DNA of 36,215 nt from a virus (taxonomy: Duplodnaviria; Heunggongvirae; Uroviricota; Caudoviricetes): the IMG/VR virus record IMGVR_UViG_2579779009_000001, positions 1 to 36,215 of that record; one strand, given 5' to 3'. Positions within the stretch are counted from its first letter, which is position 1; each line of letters opens with the position of its first letter. Under the pieces are notes generated by a model. That model worked only from the letters and a program-made list of their open reading frames with translations. It was not told where the DNA came from and ran no database searches. Shown in pieces: positions 16,106 to 26,244 of this stretch. A program made the translations under genes and the position numbers.

Positions 16106-16225
16106 TGCTGTTCTCCTTGTTTGTAACCACGCCGATAGTATCAAAAAGTAAAGTAATAAAAAACTAACGCGTACGCAAAAAAAATTGTATCGTGTTAAGA
16201 GTGGTTACTTCGCCACACAGCTTAA

Positions 16226-16250
16226 ACCCGCCGTCGAGCGGGTTTTGTCG
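16226..16250 (+). terminator. tR'-like intrinsic terminator in the late-promoter leader upstream of the lysis genes
   Basis: ACCCGC-cgtcga-GCGGGT followed by TTTGTCGTTTCTG, ~150 nt upstream of the holin start, as for the lambda 6S RNA terminator. Confidence 0.55.
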
Positions 16251-16397
16251 TTTCTGTGGCTGGGGATTCGTTGGTCTTGGCCTATTCCGCAGTTATTCAT
16301 TGGTTCGGCTTCTTTGACGTTTCCGCTTCTGATTTGCGATACATGATGTTCCCTCAATTTGCACCTGCTGTATCGGCGAGGTGAGAGATAACTACAA

Positions 16398-16724
16398 ATG
16401 CCTCATAACCCAAATACTTGGCTGGAGTTGGTCCAGAGCTGGTGGCGTGGAGACACACCGCTGGGCGCAGTAATTATGTCGATCGTTATGGCTGGCTTGC
16501 GCATTGCCTATTTTGGCGGTGGTGGTGGCTGGAAGCGAAAAACGCTCGAGATTTTGCTCTGTGGTGCTCTGACGCTGTCTTTTGCATCCGCTCTTGAGTA
16601 TGTCGGATGGCCTAAATCTCTTTCTGTTGCTATTGGTGGTGGCGTTGGGCTGATCGGGGTCGATGCTATTCGTGGGGCTGCAATGAGAGTAATCGGTAAT
16701 AAGTTTGGTGGTTCTAAGGAGTAA
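16398..16724 (+). CDS. Holin
   Basis: 108-aa protein with hydrophobic TM segments and charged C-terminus, immediately upstream of the endolysin. Confidence 0.7.
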   Translation: MPHNPNTWLELVQSWWRGDTPLGAVIMSIVMAGLRIAYFGGGGGWKRKTLEILLCGALTLSFASALEYVGWPKSLSVAIGGGVGLIGVDAIRGAAMRVIGNKFGGSKE

Positions 16725-16727
16725 TTT

Positions 16728-17204
16728 ATGCAGGTGCTAAATTCCCAGCGTAAAGCTTTTCTGGATATGGTGGCCTGGTCAGAAGGAACAGATAACGGGC
16801 GACAACCGACACGTAATCACGGTTATGATGTTATTGTCGGTGGTGAACTCTTCACTGATTACTCCGATCACCCTCGTAAACTTGTCACTCTAAATCCAAA
16901 ACTTAAATCAACAGCCGCTGGACGCTATCAGCTTCTTTCACGCTGGTGGGATGCTTATCGTAAGCAGCTTGGGCTGAAAGACTTCTCTCCCAGAAGCCAG
17001 GACTCAGTGGCATTACAGCAGATTAAAGAGCGTGGCGCTTTACCGATGATTGATCGCGGTGATATCCGTCAGGCTATCGATCGTTGCAGCAATATCTGGG
17101 CTTCACTGCCGGGCGCTGGTTACGGTCAGTATGAGCATAAAATCGGTGACCTGATTGTCCGATTTAAAGAGGCTGGCGGGGTAGTAAATGAAGTTGAGCT
17201 ATAA
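16728..17204 (+). CDS. Endolysin, lambda R-type lytic transglycosylase
   Basis: NSQRKAFLDMVAWSEGTDNGRQPTRNHGYDVIVGGELFTDYSDHPRKLV... is near-identical to my recollection of lambda R. Confidence 0.92.
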   Translation: MQVLNSQRKAFLDMVAWSEGTDNGRQPTRNHGYDVIVGGELFTDYSDHPRKLVTLNPKLKSTAAGRYQLLSRWWDAYRKQLGLKDFSPRSQDSVALQQIKERGALPMIDRGDIRQAIDRCSNIWASLPGAGYGQYEHKIGDLIVRFKEAGGVVNEVEL

Positions 17205-17649
17205 GCTGGTTATCTCTGCTTTCTTCGTTACTGTCATTGGTTCTTTCATCTGGTCAGCAAATTATTACCACAGCAAAGCCATCGAATACAAAAAGCAGCG
17301 TGATGAGAATGCTATGGCATTAGATTCGGCTATGGCGACTATCTCTGATATGCAGAAGCGTCAACGTGATGTAGCAGAACTTGACGCCAGATACACAAAG
17401 GAGCTTGCTGATGCTAACGCGACTATCGAAAGTCTCCGTGCTGATGTTTCTTCTGGGCGTAAGCGCCTGCAAGTCGCCGCCACCTGTGCAAAATCAACGA
17501 CCAGAGCCAGCGGCATGGGCGATGGAGAAAGCCCAGGACTTACAGCAGATGCTGAACTCAATTATTACCGTCTCCGAAGTGGAATCGACAGGATAACCGC
17601 ACAGGTTAACTACCTGCAGGAGTACATCAGGACGCAATGCCTTCGATGA
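17188..17649 (+). CDS. i-spanin (Rz-like)
   Basis: N-terminal TM anchor (LVISAFFVTVIGSFIWSA) plus coiled-coil periplasmic domain; embedded Rz1 in the +1 frame. Confidence 0.85.
   Translation: MKLSYKLVISAFFVTVIGSFIWSANYYHSKAIEYKKQRDENAMALDSAMATISDMQKRQRDVAELDARYTKELADANATIESLRADVSSGRKRLQVAATCAKSTTRASGMGDGESPGLTADAELNYYRLRSGIDRITAQVNYLQEYIRTQCLR
17411..17596 (+). CDS. o-spanin lipoprotein (Rz1-like), embedded in the Rz gene
   Basis: AAGGAG RBS; signal peptide with lipobox (MLTRLSKVSVLMFLLGVSAC); Pro-rich mature part (PPPVQNQRPEPAAWA) like lambda Rz1. Confidence 0.75.
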   Translation: MLTRLSKVSVLMFLLGVSACKSPPPVQNQRPEPAAWAMEKAQDLQQMLNSIITVSEVESTG

Positions 17650-17916
17650 TAGCGATAATTTTACTCATCATCCTTCACATCAGGCTCTGTAGACAGAGTG
17701 GTGATTACTTCTGGAGTGGATTCAGATTAAACATCTCATTGCTAATGTTTGAGGTTAAGCATCTGGCGCGCGGTAAGTGGTTGCGTTGAAATCAGAGCCA
17801 GTCCATTACAAATCTCATCAAGCGTTATTGGTAAGGGTGATAATTATGAGATATCTCTTCACTAAGAGTAATCTTAAGGGTAATGTGTAACCTCACTTTT
17901 TAATACGGAGGTTGTA

Positions 17917-18141
17917 ATGTTAGAGAATTATTTCCCTTCAGGAATAGGTGCTCAGTCTGTAACTCAAGCTCAAAAACAGAGGGTTATAGCTGTTCAAGCT
18001 GCCCTTGAATTAGTTAAGGCTTCACTTTCTTCTGCAGGTGGTCAGGCTACAAGTGCAAAATTTGAACAGGAATTAAAAGCAGCTATTGGCTTAATTGAAC
18101 CATTAGCCGATGCCATTCAGAAAGCAATCAGCAAAGAATAA
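17917..18141 (+). CDS. Small helical protein of unknown function (74 aa)
   Basis: GGAGG RBS; AT-rich upstream region; followed by a strong intrinsic terminator; sits between lysis and packaging modules. Confidence 0.55.
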   Translation: MLENYFPSGIGAQSVTQAQKQRVIAVQAALELVKASLSSAGGQATSAKFEQELKAAIGLIEPLADAIQKAISKE

Positions 18142-18247
18142 ATAAACCACCTGCATTTTGTTTTATTTCCCAACTAACGGGCGTAATAATATTAATGTTT
18201 CCCGTGGATAGATAAGACAATAAGTACTCACCTTCAAGATATAAACG

Positions 18248-18272
18248 AGCCTCGCTAATGCGAGGCTTTTTT
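18248..18272 (+). terminator. Rho-independent terminator
   Basis: AGCCTCGC-taat-GCGAGGCT followed by TTTTTT. Confidence 0.85.
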
Positions 18273-18307
18273 ACGCATTGTAAGCGTGCGCCAAAGAGGG
18301 GATATGA

Positions 18308-18658
18308 ATGCCATCACGAACCCCAAAAGCCTGCCGTTTTCGCGGTTGCCGCCATACCACCACAGATTCGTCAGGCTACTGCGAAAGCCACAAAAGCGAA
18401 GGCTGGAAGCAATACAAACCTGGACAATCCCGTCATCAGCGCGGCTACGGTTCGAAGTGGGACAGTATCCGCGCGCGTGTACTGAAGCGTGACAAAGGCC
18501 TGTGCCAGTCATGTCTGCATGCTGGTGTGGTGCGTGAGGCGAAAACCGTTGACCACATCATCCCTAAAGCGCATGGCGGCACCGATGCCGACAGTAATCT
18601 GCAGAGTCTGTGCTGGCCCTGCCATAAGGCGAAGACGGCCCGTGAACGGTTAAAGTGA
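18308..18658 (+). CDS. HNH endonuclease (packaging-associated)
   Basis: Cys/His motifs (CQSCLHAG...VDHIIPKAHGG...NLQSLCWPCH) and position directly upstream of the terminase small subunit. Confidence 0.85.
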   Translation: MPSRTPKACRFRGCRHTTTDSSGYCESHKSEGWKQYKPGQSRHQRGYGSKWDSIRARVLKRDKGLCQSCLHAGVVREAKTVDHIIPKAHGGTDADSNLQSLCWPCHKAKTARERLK

Positions 18659-18784
18659 TAATAATTCTCAACTGTCTGTGAGGGAGGGGCGGGTCAAATC
18701 CCTGTGACCTGACGTCTTCCGGACTGCCCGCCCCATCGTTTTTTTATACCCGCGAAAAATGAAATTTAACCAGGAGTGCCGCAT

Positions 18785-19279
18785 ATGGCTGGAACGGCGG
18801 GGCGTTCCGGGCGTCGCCCCAAGCCAACGGCGCGCAAGGCGCTGGCCGGAAACCCCGGCAAGCGAGCCCTGAATAAAGATGAACCTGTTTTTACGCCCAT
18901 CAAAGGTGTTGAGCCACCGGAGTGGTTCGCTGAAGAAGATCTCCCTCTCGCCACGATCATGTGGCAACTGACAACCAAAGAACTCTGCGGTCAGGGCCTG
19001 CTGTGCGTGACTGACCTCGCGGTGCTTGAGCGGTGGTGTGTGGCCTATGAGTTCTGGCGACGTGCCGTGAAAAATATTGCCAGACAGGGCAACACCATCA
19101 CTGGTGCAATGGGCGGTATGGTCAAAAATCCTGAGCTGACCGCCAAAAAAGAACAGGAGTCCGAGATGAGCAGTACGGGGGCAATGCTCGGACTCGACCC
19201 CAGCAGCCGCCAGCGTCTGATTGGCCTGGCGGGGCAGAAGAAAGCCACTAACCCGTTTCTGAAAATTATCGAATCATGA
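18785..19279 (+). CDS. Terminase small subunit (P27-like)
   Basis: AGGAG RBS before ATG at 18785 ([14 protein letters not shown]...); immediately upstream of and overlapping the large subunit. Confidence 0.8.
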   Translation: MAGTAGRSGRRPKPTARKALAGNPGKRALNKDEPVFTPIKGVEPPEWFAEEDLPLATIMWQLTTKELCGQGLLCVTDLAVLERWCVAYEFWRRAVKNIARQGNTITGAMGGMVKNPELTAKKEQESEMSSTGAMLGLDPSSRQRLIGLAGQKKATNPFLKIIES

Positions 19280-21009
19280 GCCGGAAATCTTACCCCAACG
19301 TAAATGCTGCCAATCAGTATGCCCGGGATGTCGTTCGCGGAAAGATTGTGGCCTGCCAGTTTGTGATTCAGGCCTGCCAGCGCCATCTTGATGACCTGAT
19401 GGCGGAAAAAAGTAAGTCGTTTCGTTACCGCTTCGACAAGGACCTGGCTGAACGGGCCGCCAAATTTATTCAGCTTTTGCCGCATACCAAGGGTGAGTGG
19501 GCATTCAAACGGATGCCCATCACGCTGGAGCCGTGGCAGCTCTTTGTGATCTGCTGTGCGTTTGGCTGGGTCAATAAAGGTACCCGGCTGCGCCGCTTCC
19601 GGGAGGTGTATACCGAAATCCCCCGTAAGAACGGCAAATCGGCAATCTCTGCCGGTGTTGCCCTGTATTGTTTTGCCTGTGATAACGAGTTTGGCGCGGA
19701 AGTGTATTCCGGTGCCACGACAGAGAAACAGGCGTGGGAAGTCTTTCGCCCGGCGCGACTGATGTGTAAACGCACACCCATGCTGACGGAAGCGTTCGGG
19801 ATTGAGGTTAACGCCTCAAACATGAACCGTCCGGAGGATGGCGCGCGGTTTGAACCGCTGATCGGTAACCCCGGTGATGGTTCATCACCCCACTGTGCTG
19901 TGGTGGATGAATATCACGAGCATGCCACAGATGCACTTTACACCACGATGCTTACCGGGATGGGCGCGCGACGTCAGCCACTGATGTGGGCCATCACCAC
20001 CGCCGGGTACAACATTGAGGGGCCGTGCTACGACAAGCGGCGGGAAGTCATCGAGATGCTCAACGGCTCGGTGCCTAACGATGAACTGTTCGGGATCATC
20101 TATACCGTTGATGAAGGTGACGACTGGACCGACCCGCAGGTGCTGGAAAAAGCCAATCCAAATATTGGCGTGTCGGTTTATCGCGAATTTTTGTTAAGTC
20201 AGCAGCAGCGTGCGAAAAATAACGCCCGTCTGGCAAACGTCTTTAAAACAAAACACCTCAATATCTGGGTGTCGGCACGTTCGGCGTATTTCAACCTGGT
20301 GAGCTGGCAGAGCTGCGAGGATAAATCACTGACCCTTGAGCAGTTCGAGGGGCAGCCGTGCATTCTGGCCTTTGACCTGGCGCGTAAGCTGGATATGAAC
20401 AGCATGGCGCGACTTTATACCCGCGAGATTGACGGTAAAACGCATTACTACAGTGTAGCCCCGCGTTTCTGGGTACCGTATGACACGGTGTACAGCGTCG
20501 AGAAAAATGAAGATCGCCGGACAGCCGAACGCTTTCAGAAATGGGTGGAAATGGGCGTCCTGACCGTTACCGATGGTGCAGAGGTGGATTATCGCTACAT
20601 CCTCGAAGAGGCCAAAGCGGCGAACAAAATCAGCCCGGTCAGCGAGTCACCCATCGACCCCTTCGGGGCGACCGGGCTCTCACATGACCTTGCTGATGAA
20701 GACCTGAATCCCGTCACTATCGTCCAGAACTTCACCAATATGTCCGATCCGATGAAAGAGCTGGAAGCGGCGATTGAATCGGGGCGCTTTCATCATGACG
20801 GCAATCCCATCATGACCTGGTGTATCGGCAACGTGGTCGGCAAAACCATTCCGGGTAACGATGATGTGGTGAAGCCTGTCAAGGAGCAGGCGGAAAACAA
20901 AATCGATGGTGCGGTTGCACTGATTATGGCGATCGGTCGGGCAATGCTCAAAGAACCCGACGATTTCCTCTCATCTCTTGATCCGGACGATGCTCTCTTA
21001 ATTCTATGA
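19276..21009 (+). CDS. Terminase large subunit
   Basis: 577-aa protein with ATPase-like ([14 protein letters not shown]) and nuclease-like regions; canonical position. Confidence 0.9.
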   Translation: MSRKSYPNVNAANQYARDVVRGKIVACQFVIQACQRHLDDLMAEKSKSFRYRFDKDLAERAAKFIQLLPHTKGEWAFKRMPITLEPWQLFVICCAFGWVNKGTRLRRFREVYTEIPRKNGKSAISAGVALYCFACDNEFGAEVYSGATTEKQAWEVFRPARLMCKRTPMLTEAFGIEVNASNMNRPEDGARFEPLIGNPGDGSSPHCAVVDEYHEHATDALYTTMLTGMGARRQPLMWAITTAGYNIEGPCYDKRREVIEMLNGSVPNDELFGIIYTVDEGDDWTDPQVLEKANPNIGVSVYREFLLSQQQRAKNNARLANVFKTKHLNIWVSARSAYFNLVSWQSCEDKSLTLEQFEGQPCILAFDLARKLDMNSMARLYTREIDGKTHYYSVAPRFWVPYDTVYSVEKNEDRRTAERFQKWVEMGVLTVTDGAEVDYRYILEEAKAANKISPVSESPIDPFGATGLSHDLADEDLNPVTIVQNFTNMSDPMKELEAAIESGRFHHDGNPIMTWCIGNVVGKTIPGNDDVVKPVKEQAENKIDGAVALIMAIGRAMLKEPDDFLSSLDPDDALLIL

Positions 21010-21167
21010 AATCACTAATTGCTGATGTTATCGGGCTGGCTGGTTTTGGCCTGCTTACGTGCGGGTTTTACCTGCAGTTTGGTATGGCTCCGGCTCTGAT
21101 GCTGTCCGGCGGTTTACTGCTGGTGGGCGCACTGGCTATGGCCAGAAGGGGGACGCGTGCTGCTTGA
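21006..21167 (+). CDS. Small hydrophobic protein (53 aa) between terminase and portal
   Basis: ATG overlaps the terminase stop (ATGA); [53 protein letters not shown]; below the track's length cutoff. Confidence 0.4.
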   Translation: MKSLIADVIGLAGFGLLTCGFYLQFGMAPALMLSGGLLLVGALAMARRGTRAA

Positions 21168-22383
21168 TGCTCTGTTCAGAAGTAAATCACTGGAGAATCC
21201 TTCCACCCCGATAACCGGGGATGCCGTTGATACTGATGGGCTGTTCCGGGCAGACGTTTATGTCAGTCCTGAAACTGCGATGAAACTGGCTGCGGTGTAT
21301 TCCTGTATCTATGTCCTGTCTTCCAGCCTTGCCCAGATGCCGTTGCATGTTATGCGCAGGCACAATGGGAAGGTTGAGCCCGCACGCGATCATCCGGCGT
21401 TTTATCTGGTTCATGATGAGCCCAATACCTGGCAAACCAGTTACAAATGGCGCGAACTGAAGCAACGTCACATCCTTGGCTGGGGGAATGGGTATACCTG
21501 GGTGAAACGTAATCGTCGCGGTGAAGTCATATCCCTGGATTGCTGTATGCCGTGGGAAACGACGCTGATGAATACTGGTGGCCGATACACCTACGGTTTG
21601 TACAACGAATATGGGGCGTTTGCGATCAGCCCCGACGATATGATCCACATCCGTGCGCTGGGTAATAATCAGAAGATGGGGCTGAGTCCGATTATGCAAC
21701 ATGCCGAAACAATAGGCATGGGGATGAGCGGTCAGAAATACACAGAAAGCTTCTTCAGCGGTAATGCCCGTCCGGCGGGGATAGTATCCGTTAAAAGCGG
21801 ACTCAATAAGGACAGCTGGGGCTGGCTTAAAGATCAGTGGCAGAAGGCATCGCAGGCGTTACGCAGCCAGGAAAACAAAACCATGCTGCTGCCAGCCGAT
21901 CTGGATTACAAGGCACTGACTGTGTCGCCAGTTGACGCTCAGATCATTGACATGATGAAACTGAACCGTTCAATGATTGCCGGTATTTTCAATATTCCTG
22001 CGCACATGATTAATGACCTCGAAAAAGCCACCTTCTCCAATATTTCTGCGCAGGCGATTCAGTTTGTCCGCTACACGATGATGCCGTGGGTGACGAACTG
22101 GGAGCAGGAGCTTAACCGTCGCTTGTTTACCCGCGCTGAGTTAGCCGCCGGGTATTACGTCAGGTTCAATCTGACGGGGCTTTTACGCGGAACTCCACAG
22201 GAGCGCGCGCAATTCTATCACTTCGCTATTACCGATGGATGGATGAGCCGTAATGAGGCCCGTGCATTCGAGGATATGAATCCGGTTGAAGGGCTGGATG
22301 AGATGCTGGTAAGCGTGAATGCTGCTAACCCGGCAGGAGATTTTAAGCCCCCAAAAAATGATGAGGGAAAAACCAATGAATGA
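21157..22383 (+). CDS. Portal protein (HK97 family); start uncertain (GTG)
   Basis: 408-aa ORF following the terminase; conserved portal order; composition and length typical. Confidence 0.85.
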   Translation: MLLDALFRSKSLENPSTPITGDAVDTDGLFRADVYVSPETAMKLAAVYSCIYVLSSSLAQMPLHVMRRHNGKVEPARDHPAFYLVHDEPNTWQTSYKWRELKQRHILGWGNGYTWVKRNRRGEVISLDCCMPWETTLMNTGGRYTYGLYNEYGAFAISPDDMIHIRALGNNQKMGLSPIMQHAETIGMGMSGQKYTESFFSGNARPAGIVSVKSGLNKDSWGWLKDQWQKASQALRSQENKTMLLPADLDYKALTVSPVDAQIIDMMKLNRSMIAGIFNIPAHMINDLEKATFSNISAQAIQFVRYTMMPWVTNWEQELNRRLFTRAELAAGYYVRFNLTGLLRGTPQERAQFYHFAITDGWMSRNEARAFEDMNPVEGLDEMLVSVNAANPAGDFKPPKNDEGKTNE

Positions 22384-22978
22384 CCGTGAAATCCGTTGTT
22401 ACAGCGGTGAGGTGCGTGCTGAGCGGCATGACGATAACCCTGCGCACATTATCGGTTATGGATCGGTGTTTGACTGTCGTTCTGAGCTGATATTTGGTTC
22501 ATTCCGCGAAATCATCCGGCCCGGCGCTTTTGACGATGTGCTTGGTGATGATGTACGCGCACTGTTTAACCACGATCCTAATTTTATTCTTGGGCGTAGT
22601 GCAGCAGGCACGCTGAATCTTTCAGTTGATGAGCGCGGATTGCGCTATGACATCCAGGCTCCGGAGACACAGACCATTCGTGATCTGGTGCTGGCCCCGA
22701 TGCAACGTGGAGATATTAACCAGTCATCTTTTGCTTTCCGTGTCGCCCGTGACGGCGAGGAGTGGTATCAGGATGAGGACGGGGTTGTTATTCGCGAGAT
22801 AACCCGCTTTTCCCGTCTGCTGGATGTCAGTCCTGTGACATATCCTGCCTATCAGGAGGCTGACTCGGCTGTTCGCTCCATGAAAGCATGGCAGGAGGCG
22901 CGCAACAGCGGCGCGCTACAGAAAGCCATTAATCAACGTATGGCGCGTGAACGCGTCCTGACCCTTCTTAACGCGTAA
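22376..22978 (+). CDS. Prohead protease (HK97 family)
   Basis: Start at MNDREIRCYSGEV... overlapping the portal stop; position between portal and major capsid. Confidence 0.8.
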   Translation: MNDREIRCYSGEVRAERHDDNPAHIIGYGSVFDCRSELIFGSFREIIRPGAFDDVLGDDVRALFNHDPNFILGRSAAGTLNLSVDERGLRYDIQAPETQTIRDLVLAPMQRGDINQSSFAFRVARDGEEWYQDEDGVVIREITRFSRLLDVSPVTYPAYQEADSAVRSMKAWQEARNSGALQKAINQRMARERVLTLLNA

Positions 22979-22988
22979 AGGAAACATC

Positions 22989-24218
22989 ATGAAACTGCAT
23001 GAACTGAAACAGAAACGTAATACTATCGCAACTGACATGCGCGCCCTGAATGAAAAAATTGGTGATAACGCATGGACGGAAGAGCAGCGCACTGAGTGGA
23101 ACAAAGCAAAATCCGAACTGGAAGCTCTTGATGAACGAATTGCACGCGAAGAAGAACTGCGTCGTCAGGATCAGGCGTACATTGAAAGCAATGAGGAAGA
23201 GCAGCGTCAGAATCTTGATCCGGAAAACAATTCGCAACAGGATGAGAAACGAGCTCAGGTTTTTGATAAGTGGATGCGTCACGGTGCCAGTGAGCTGACA
23301 TCAGAAGAGCGAAAGGCGTTGCGTGAACTTCGTGCCCAGGGTGTAGCTCAGGATGAAAAGGGCGGATATACCGTACCAGAAACATTCCTGGCGAAAGTTG
23401 TTGAGAAGATGAAATCCTACGGTGGCATCGCCAGTGTGGCGCAGATTCTGACCACTTCTGACGGTCGCACCATGGAGTGGGCAACAGCTGATGGTACTTC
23501 CGAAGTTGGTGTTCTGCTGGGCGAAAATGAAGAAGCCGGTGAAGAAGACACCGATTTCGGTATGGGAAGTCTTGGGGCGCTCAAAATGACATCGAAAATC
23601 ATTCGTGTGTCTAATGAGTTGCTGCAGGACAGCGCGATCGATATGGAAGCTTATCTTGCCCGTCGCATTGCTGAACGTATTGGTCGTGGTGAAGCCCGTT
23701 ATCTGATTCAGGGGACGGGGGCTGGTACGCCTAAACAACCCAAAGGGCTGGTCGCATCTGTGACCGGCACAACACAGACTGCCGCGGCAAATACGGTGAA
23801 GTGGCAGGAAATTCTGGCTCTGAAACACAGCATTGATCCTGCATATCGTCGCGGACCGAAATTCCGCCTGGCGTTTAACGATAATACGCTGAAACTGATC
23901 AGTGAGATGGAAGACGGTCAGGGACGCCCTTTATGGTTGCCGGATATTGTTGGTGTGGCACCTGCTTCAGTGTTGAATGTACCGTATGTCATTGATCAGG
24001 AAATTGATGATATCGGGGCGGGTAAAAAATTCATGTTCTGTGGTGACTTTGATCGCTTCATTATCCGTCGTGTGCGATACATGATTCTTAAACGTCTGGT
24101 TGAGCGTTACGCGGAATATGATCAGACCGGTTTTCTGGCCTTCCATCGTTTTGACTGTATCCTGGAAGACACCTCTGCCATTAAAGCGCTGGTGGGGAAA
24201 GGTAGCGTTGGTGGTTGA
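22989..24218 (+). CDS. Major capsid protein (HK97 fold) with N-terminal coiled-coil delta domain
   Basis: AAGGA RBS; charged coiled-coil first ~100 aa then capsid domain; followed by hairpins. Confidence 0.88.
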   Translation: MKLHELKQKRNTIATDMRALNEKIGDNAWTEEQRTEWNKAKSELEALDERIAREEELRRQDQAYIESNEEEQRQNLDPENNSQQDEKRAQVFDKWMRHGASELTSEERKALRELRAQGVAQDEKGGYTVPETFLAKVVEKMKSYGGIASVAQILTTSDGRTMEWATADGTSEVGVLLGENEEAGEEDTDFGMGSLGALKMTSKIIRVSNELLQDSAIDMEAYLARRIAERIGRGEARYLIQGTGAGTPKQPKGLVASVTGTTQTAAANTVKWQEILALKHSIDPAYRRGPKFRLAFNDNTLKLISEMEDGQGRPLWLPDIVGVAPASVLNVPYVIDQEIDDIGAGKKFMFCGDFDRFIIRRVRYMILKRLVERYAEYDQTGFLAFHRFDCILEDTSAIKALVGKGSVGG

Positions 24219-24296
24219 TTAGTCTTTTTACGTAATACAGCACGCCGCGTAATGCGGTTTTTTTGTGCCCGCGTTCTGGCGGGCACAGGAGGTTTT

Positions 24297-24620
24297 ATGC
24301 TGTTAAAAATGGAAGAGATTAAGCTTCAGCTCCGTCTGGATGATGATTTCTCTGATGAAGATGAGTTGCTTGAACTGCTTGGTAAGGCCGCTCAGAGTCG
24401 TACGGAAAACTTCCTTAACCGTAAGTTGTATGCAACCGCAGATGACAGGCCTGCGGATGATCCTGATGGGCTTGTGATATCTGATGATGTGAAGCTGGCG
24501 CTTCTGCTACTTGTCAGCCATTTCTACGAAAACCGCTCAACGGTTACAGACGTTGAGAAAATGGAGTTGCCAATGAGTTTTAACTGGTTGGTTGCTCCTT
24601 ATCGCCTTATACCACTATGA
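24297..24620 (+). CDS. Head-tail connector (gp6-like)
   Basis: AGGAGG RBS before ATG at 24297 (MLLKMEEIKLQL...); position after capsid gene. Confidence 0.65.
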   Translation: MLLKMEEIKLQLRLDDDFSDEDELLELLGKAAQSRTENFLNRKLYATADDRPADDPDGLVISDDVKLALLLLVSHFYENRSTVTDVEKMELPMSFNWLVAPYRLIPL

Positions 24621-25027
24621 AAATTCGTCAGGCGCAGACCAGCGCAACCTACATACTGCCGGACCCCGGCGAACTGAATAAACGCGTCCTGATCCGCCAG
24701 CGGGTGGATATGCCCGCGGATAACTTTGGCGTGGAGCCTCAATACCCGGTTGCGTTCCGGGCATGGGCGAAGGTTATCCAGACCAGTGCCACCACCTGGC
24801 AGGAAACCGCGCAGACCGGAGATGCCATCACCCATTACATCACCATTCGCTACCGCCGCGGGATCACTGCTGATTATGAGGTGGTCTGTGATGACAGTGT
24901 GTACCGGGTGAAACGTCAGCGCGATCTGAACGGGGCGCGGCGCTTTCTGCTGCTGGAGTGTACGGAACTGGGCGAATTTACGCAGAGTCACGGAGGCAGC
25001 AATGGCGACTCCCTTTTTTCACGTTGA
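24617..25027 (+). CDS. Head closure / head-tail joining protein
   Basis: Overlapping start/stop with neighbours in the head-tail joining block. Confidence 0.6.
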   Translation: MKIRQAQTSATYILPDPGELNKRVLIRQRVDMPADNFGVEPQYPVAFRAWAKVIQTSATTWQETAQTGDAITHYITIRYRRGITADYEVVCDDSVYRVKRQRDLNGARRFLLLECTELGEFTQSHGGSNGDSLFSR

Positions 25028-25508
25028 TGTTCAGCAGCCCGCGGAGATGCGCTTTAACCGCGCCCGTGTCCGGCGGGCGTTTGTCACGATTGGGCAGCGT
25101 CATATGCGTGATGCCCGTCGGCTGGTGATGCGCCGTGCGCGGTCGGCACCGGGTGAAAACCCCGGTTATCAGACCGGACGCCTGGCTCGTTCGATTGGTT
25201 ACATGGTGCCGAGAGCCAGTAAAAAGCGAGCCGGTTTTATGACACGCATTGCCCCTAACCAGCGCAACGGGAAGGGGAACCGGATGATCTCTGGTGACTT
25301 CTATCCGGCGTTTCTGTTTTTTGGTGTCCGGGGAGGAGCAAAACGTCGTCGTAGTCATCATCGTGGTGCATCCGGTGGCAGCGGCTGGCGGCTGGCTCCA
25401 CGTAATAACTTTATGGTGGAAACTCTTGAAAAGAACCGCAGCTGGACACGCTATTTTCTGGCGCGGGAATTACGTAAATCACTGAAGCCGGAGCGACGAC
25501 GCAGATGA
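25002..25508 (+). CDS. Tail-neck protein (HK97 gp10-like), basic
   Basis: Arg-rich protein in conserved order. Confidence 0.55.
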   Translation: MATPFFHVDVQQPAEMRFNRARVRRAFVTIGQRHMRDARRLVMRRARSAPGENPGYQTGRLARSIGYMVPRASKKRAGFMTRIAPNQRNGKGNRMISGDFYPAFLFFGVRGGAKRRRSHHRGASGGSGWRLAPRNNFMVETLEKNRSWTRYFLARELRKSLKPERRRR

Positions 25509-26065
25509 AACTGACGCCTGTTATTGCTGCGCTGCGTGCCCGCTGCCCGTATTTTGAAAACCGGGTGGCAGGCGCGGCACAGTTCAAAAATCTGCCGGAG
25601 GTCGGAAAGCTGAGACTCCCGGCGGCATATGTTGTACCGGGTGATGATTCTCCGGGAGAAAACAAAAGCCAGACCGACTACTGGCAGGAGCTGAAAGAGG
25701 GCTTCTCCGTGGTTGTCATACTGAGTAACGGGCGTGATGAGCGCGGTCAGTTTGCCTCGTATGATGTGGTGGACGATGTCCGGCAAATGCTCTTTAAGGC
25801 CCTGCTGGGCTGGAACCCGGAAGCGTGCGGTAACCCGATTACCTATGACGGCGGCACGCTGCTGGATCTGAATCGTCATGAGCTGATTTATCAGTTCGAT
25901 TTTTCGGTCATCAGCGAGCTGACCGAAGACGATACCCGCCAGCAGGATGACCTGAACAGTCTGGATGAACTGCGAACGCTGGCGATTGATGTTGATTATC
26001 TCGATCCCGGTAACGGGCCTGACGGCGATATCGAACATCACACCGAAATAACCCTTCCTTCCTGA
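25505..26065 (+). CDS. Tail completion/terminator-type protein
   Basis: Coupled start; precedes sheath gene. Confidence 0.55.
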   Translation: MKLTPVIAALRARCPYFENRVAGAAQFKNLPEVGKLRLPAAYVVPGDDSPGENKSQTDYWQELKEGFSVVVILSNGRDERGQFASYDVVDDVRQMLFKALLGWNPEACGNPITYDGGTLLDLNRHELIYQFDFSVISELTEDDTRQQDDLNSLDELRTLAIDVDYLDPGNGPDGDIEHHTEITLPS

Positions 26066-26073
26066 GAATCTTC

Positions 26074-26244
26074 ATGTTTGTGAAACCTGTTAAAGGGCGG
26101 TCAGTTCCTGACCCTGCCCGCGGCGACCTTTTGCCCGCCGAAGGGCGAAATGTTGACGAGAACAACTACTGGCTGCGCCGTGAAGCAGCGGGTGATATCC
26201 GGCGCGTGAATAAAAAGGTGAATACCGATGACGATAAGCTTTAA
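26074..26244 (+). CDS. Small conserved-position ORF (56 aa) upstream of the tail sheath
   Basis: ATG at 26074; 3' end overlaps the sheath start in another frame; weak RBS. Confidence 0.3.
   Translation: MFVKPVKGRSVPDPARGDLLPAEGRNVDENNYWLRREAAGDIRRVNKKVNTDDDKL

Noticed and set aside
15917-16126. Plus-strand ORF 15917..16126 inside the moron operon
   Set aside because: Antisense to the RBS-supported 87-aa minus-strand gene; no RBS.
15079-16397. Toxin (stx-like) or tRNA genes in the Q-to-lysis interval
   Set aside because: Looked for because this is the Stx-phage cargo site; no AB5-toxin-like ORFs or tRNA-like sequences seen, only the two-gene membrane-protein operon.
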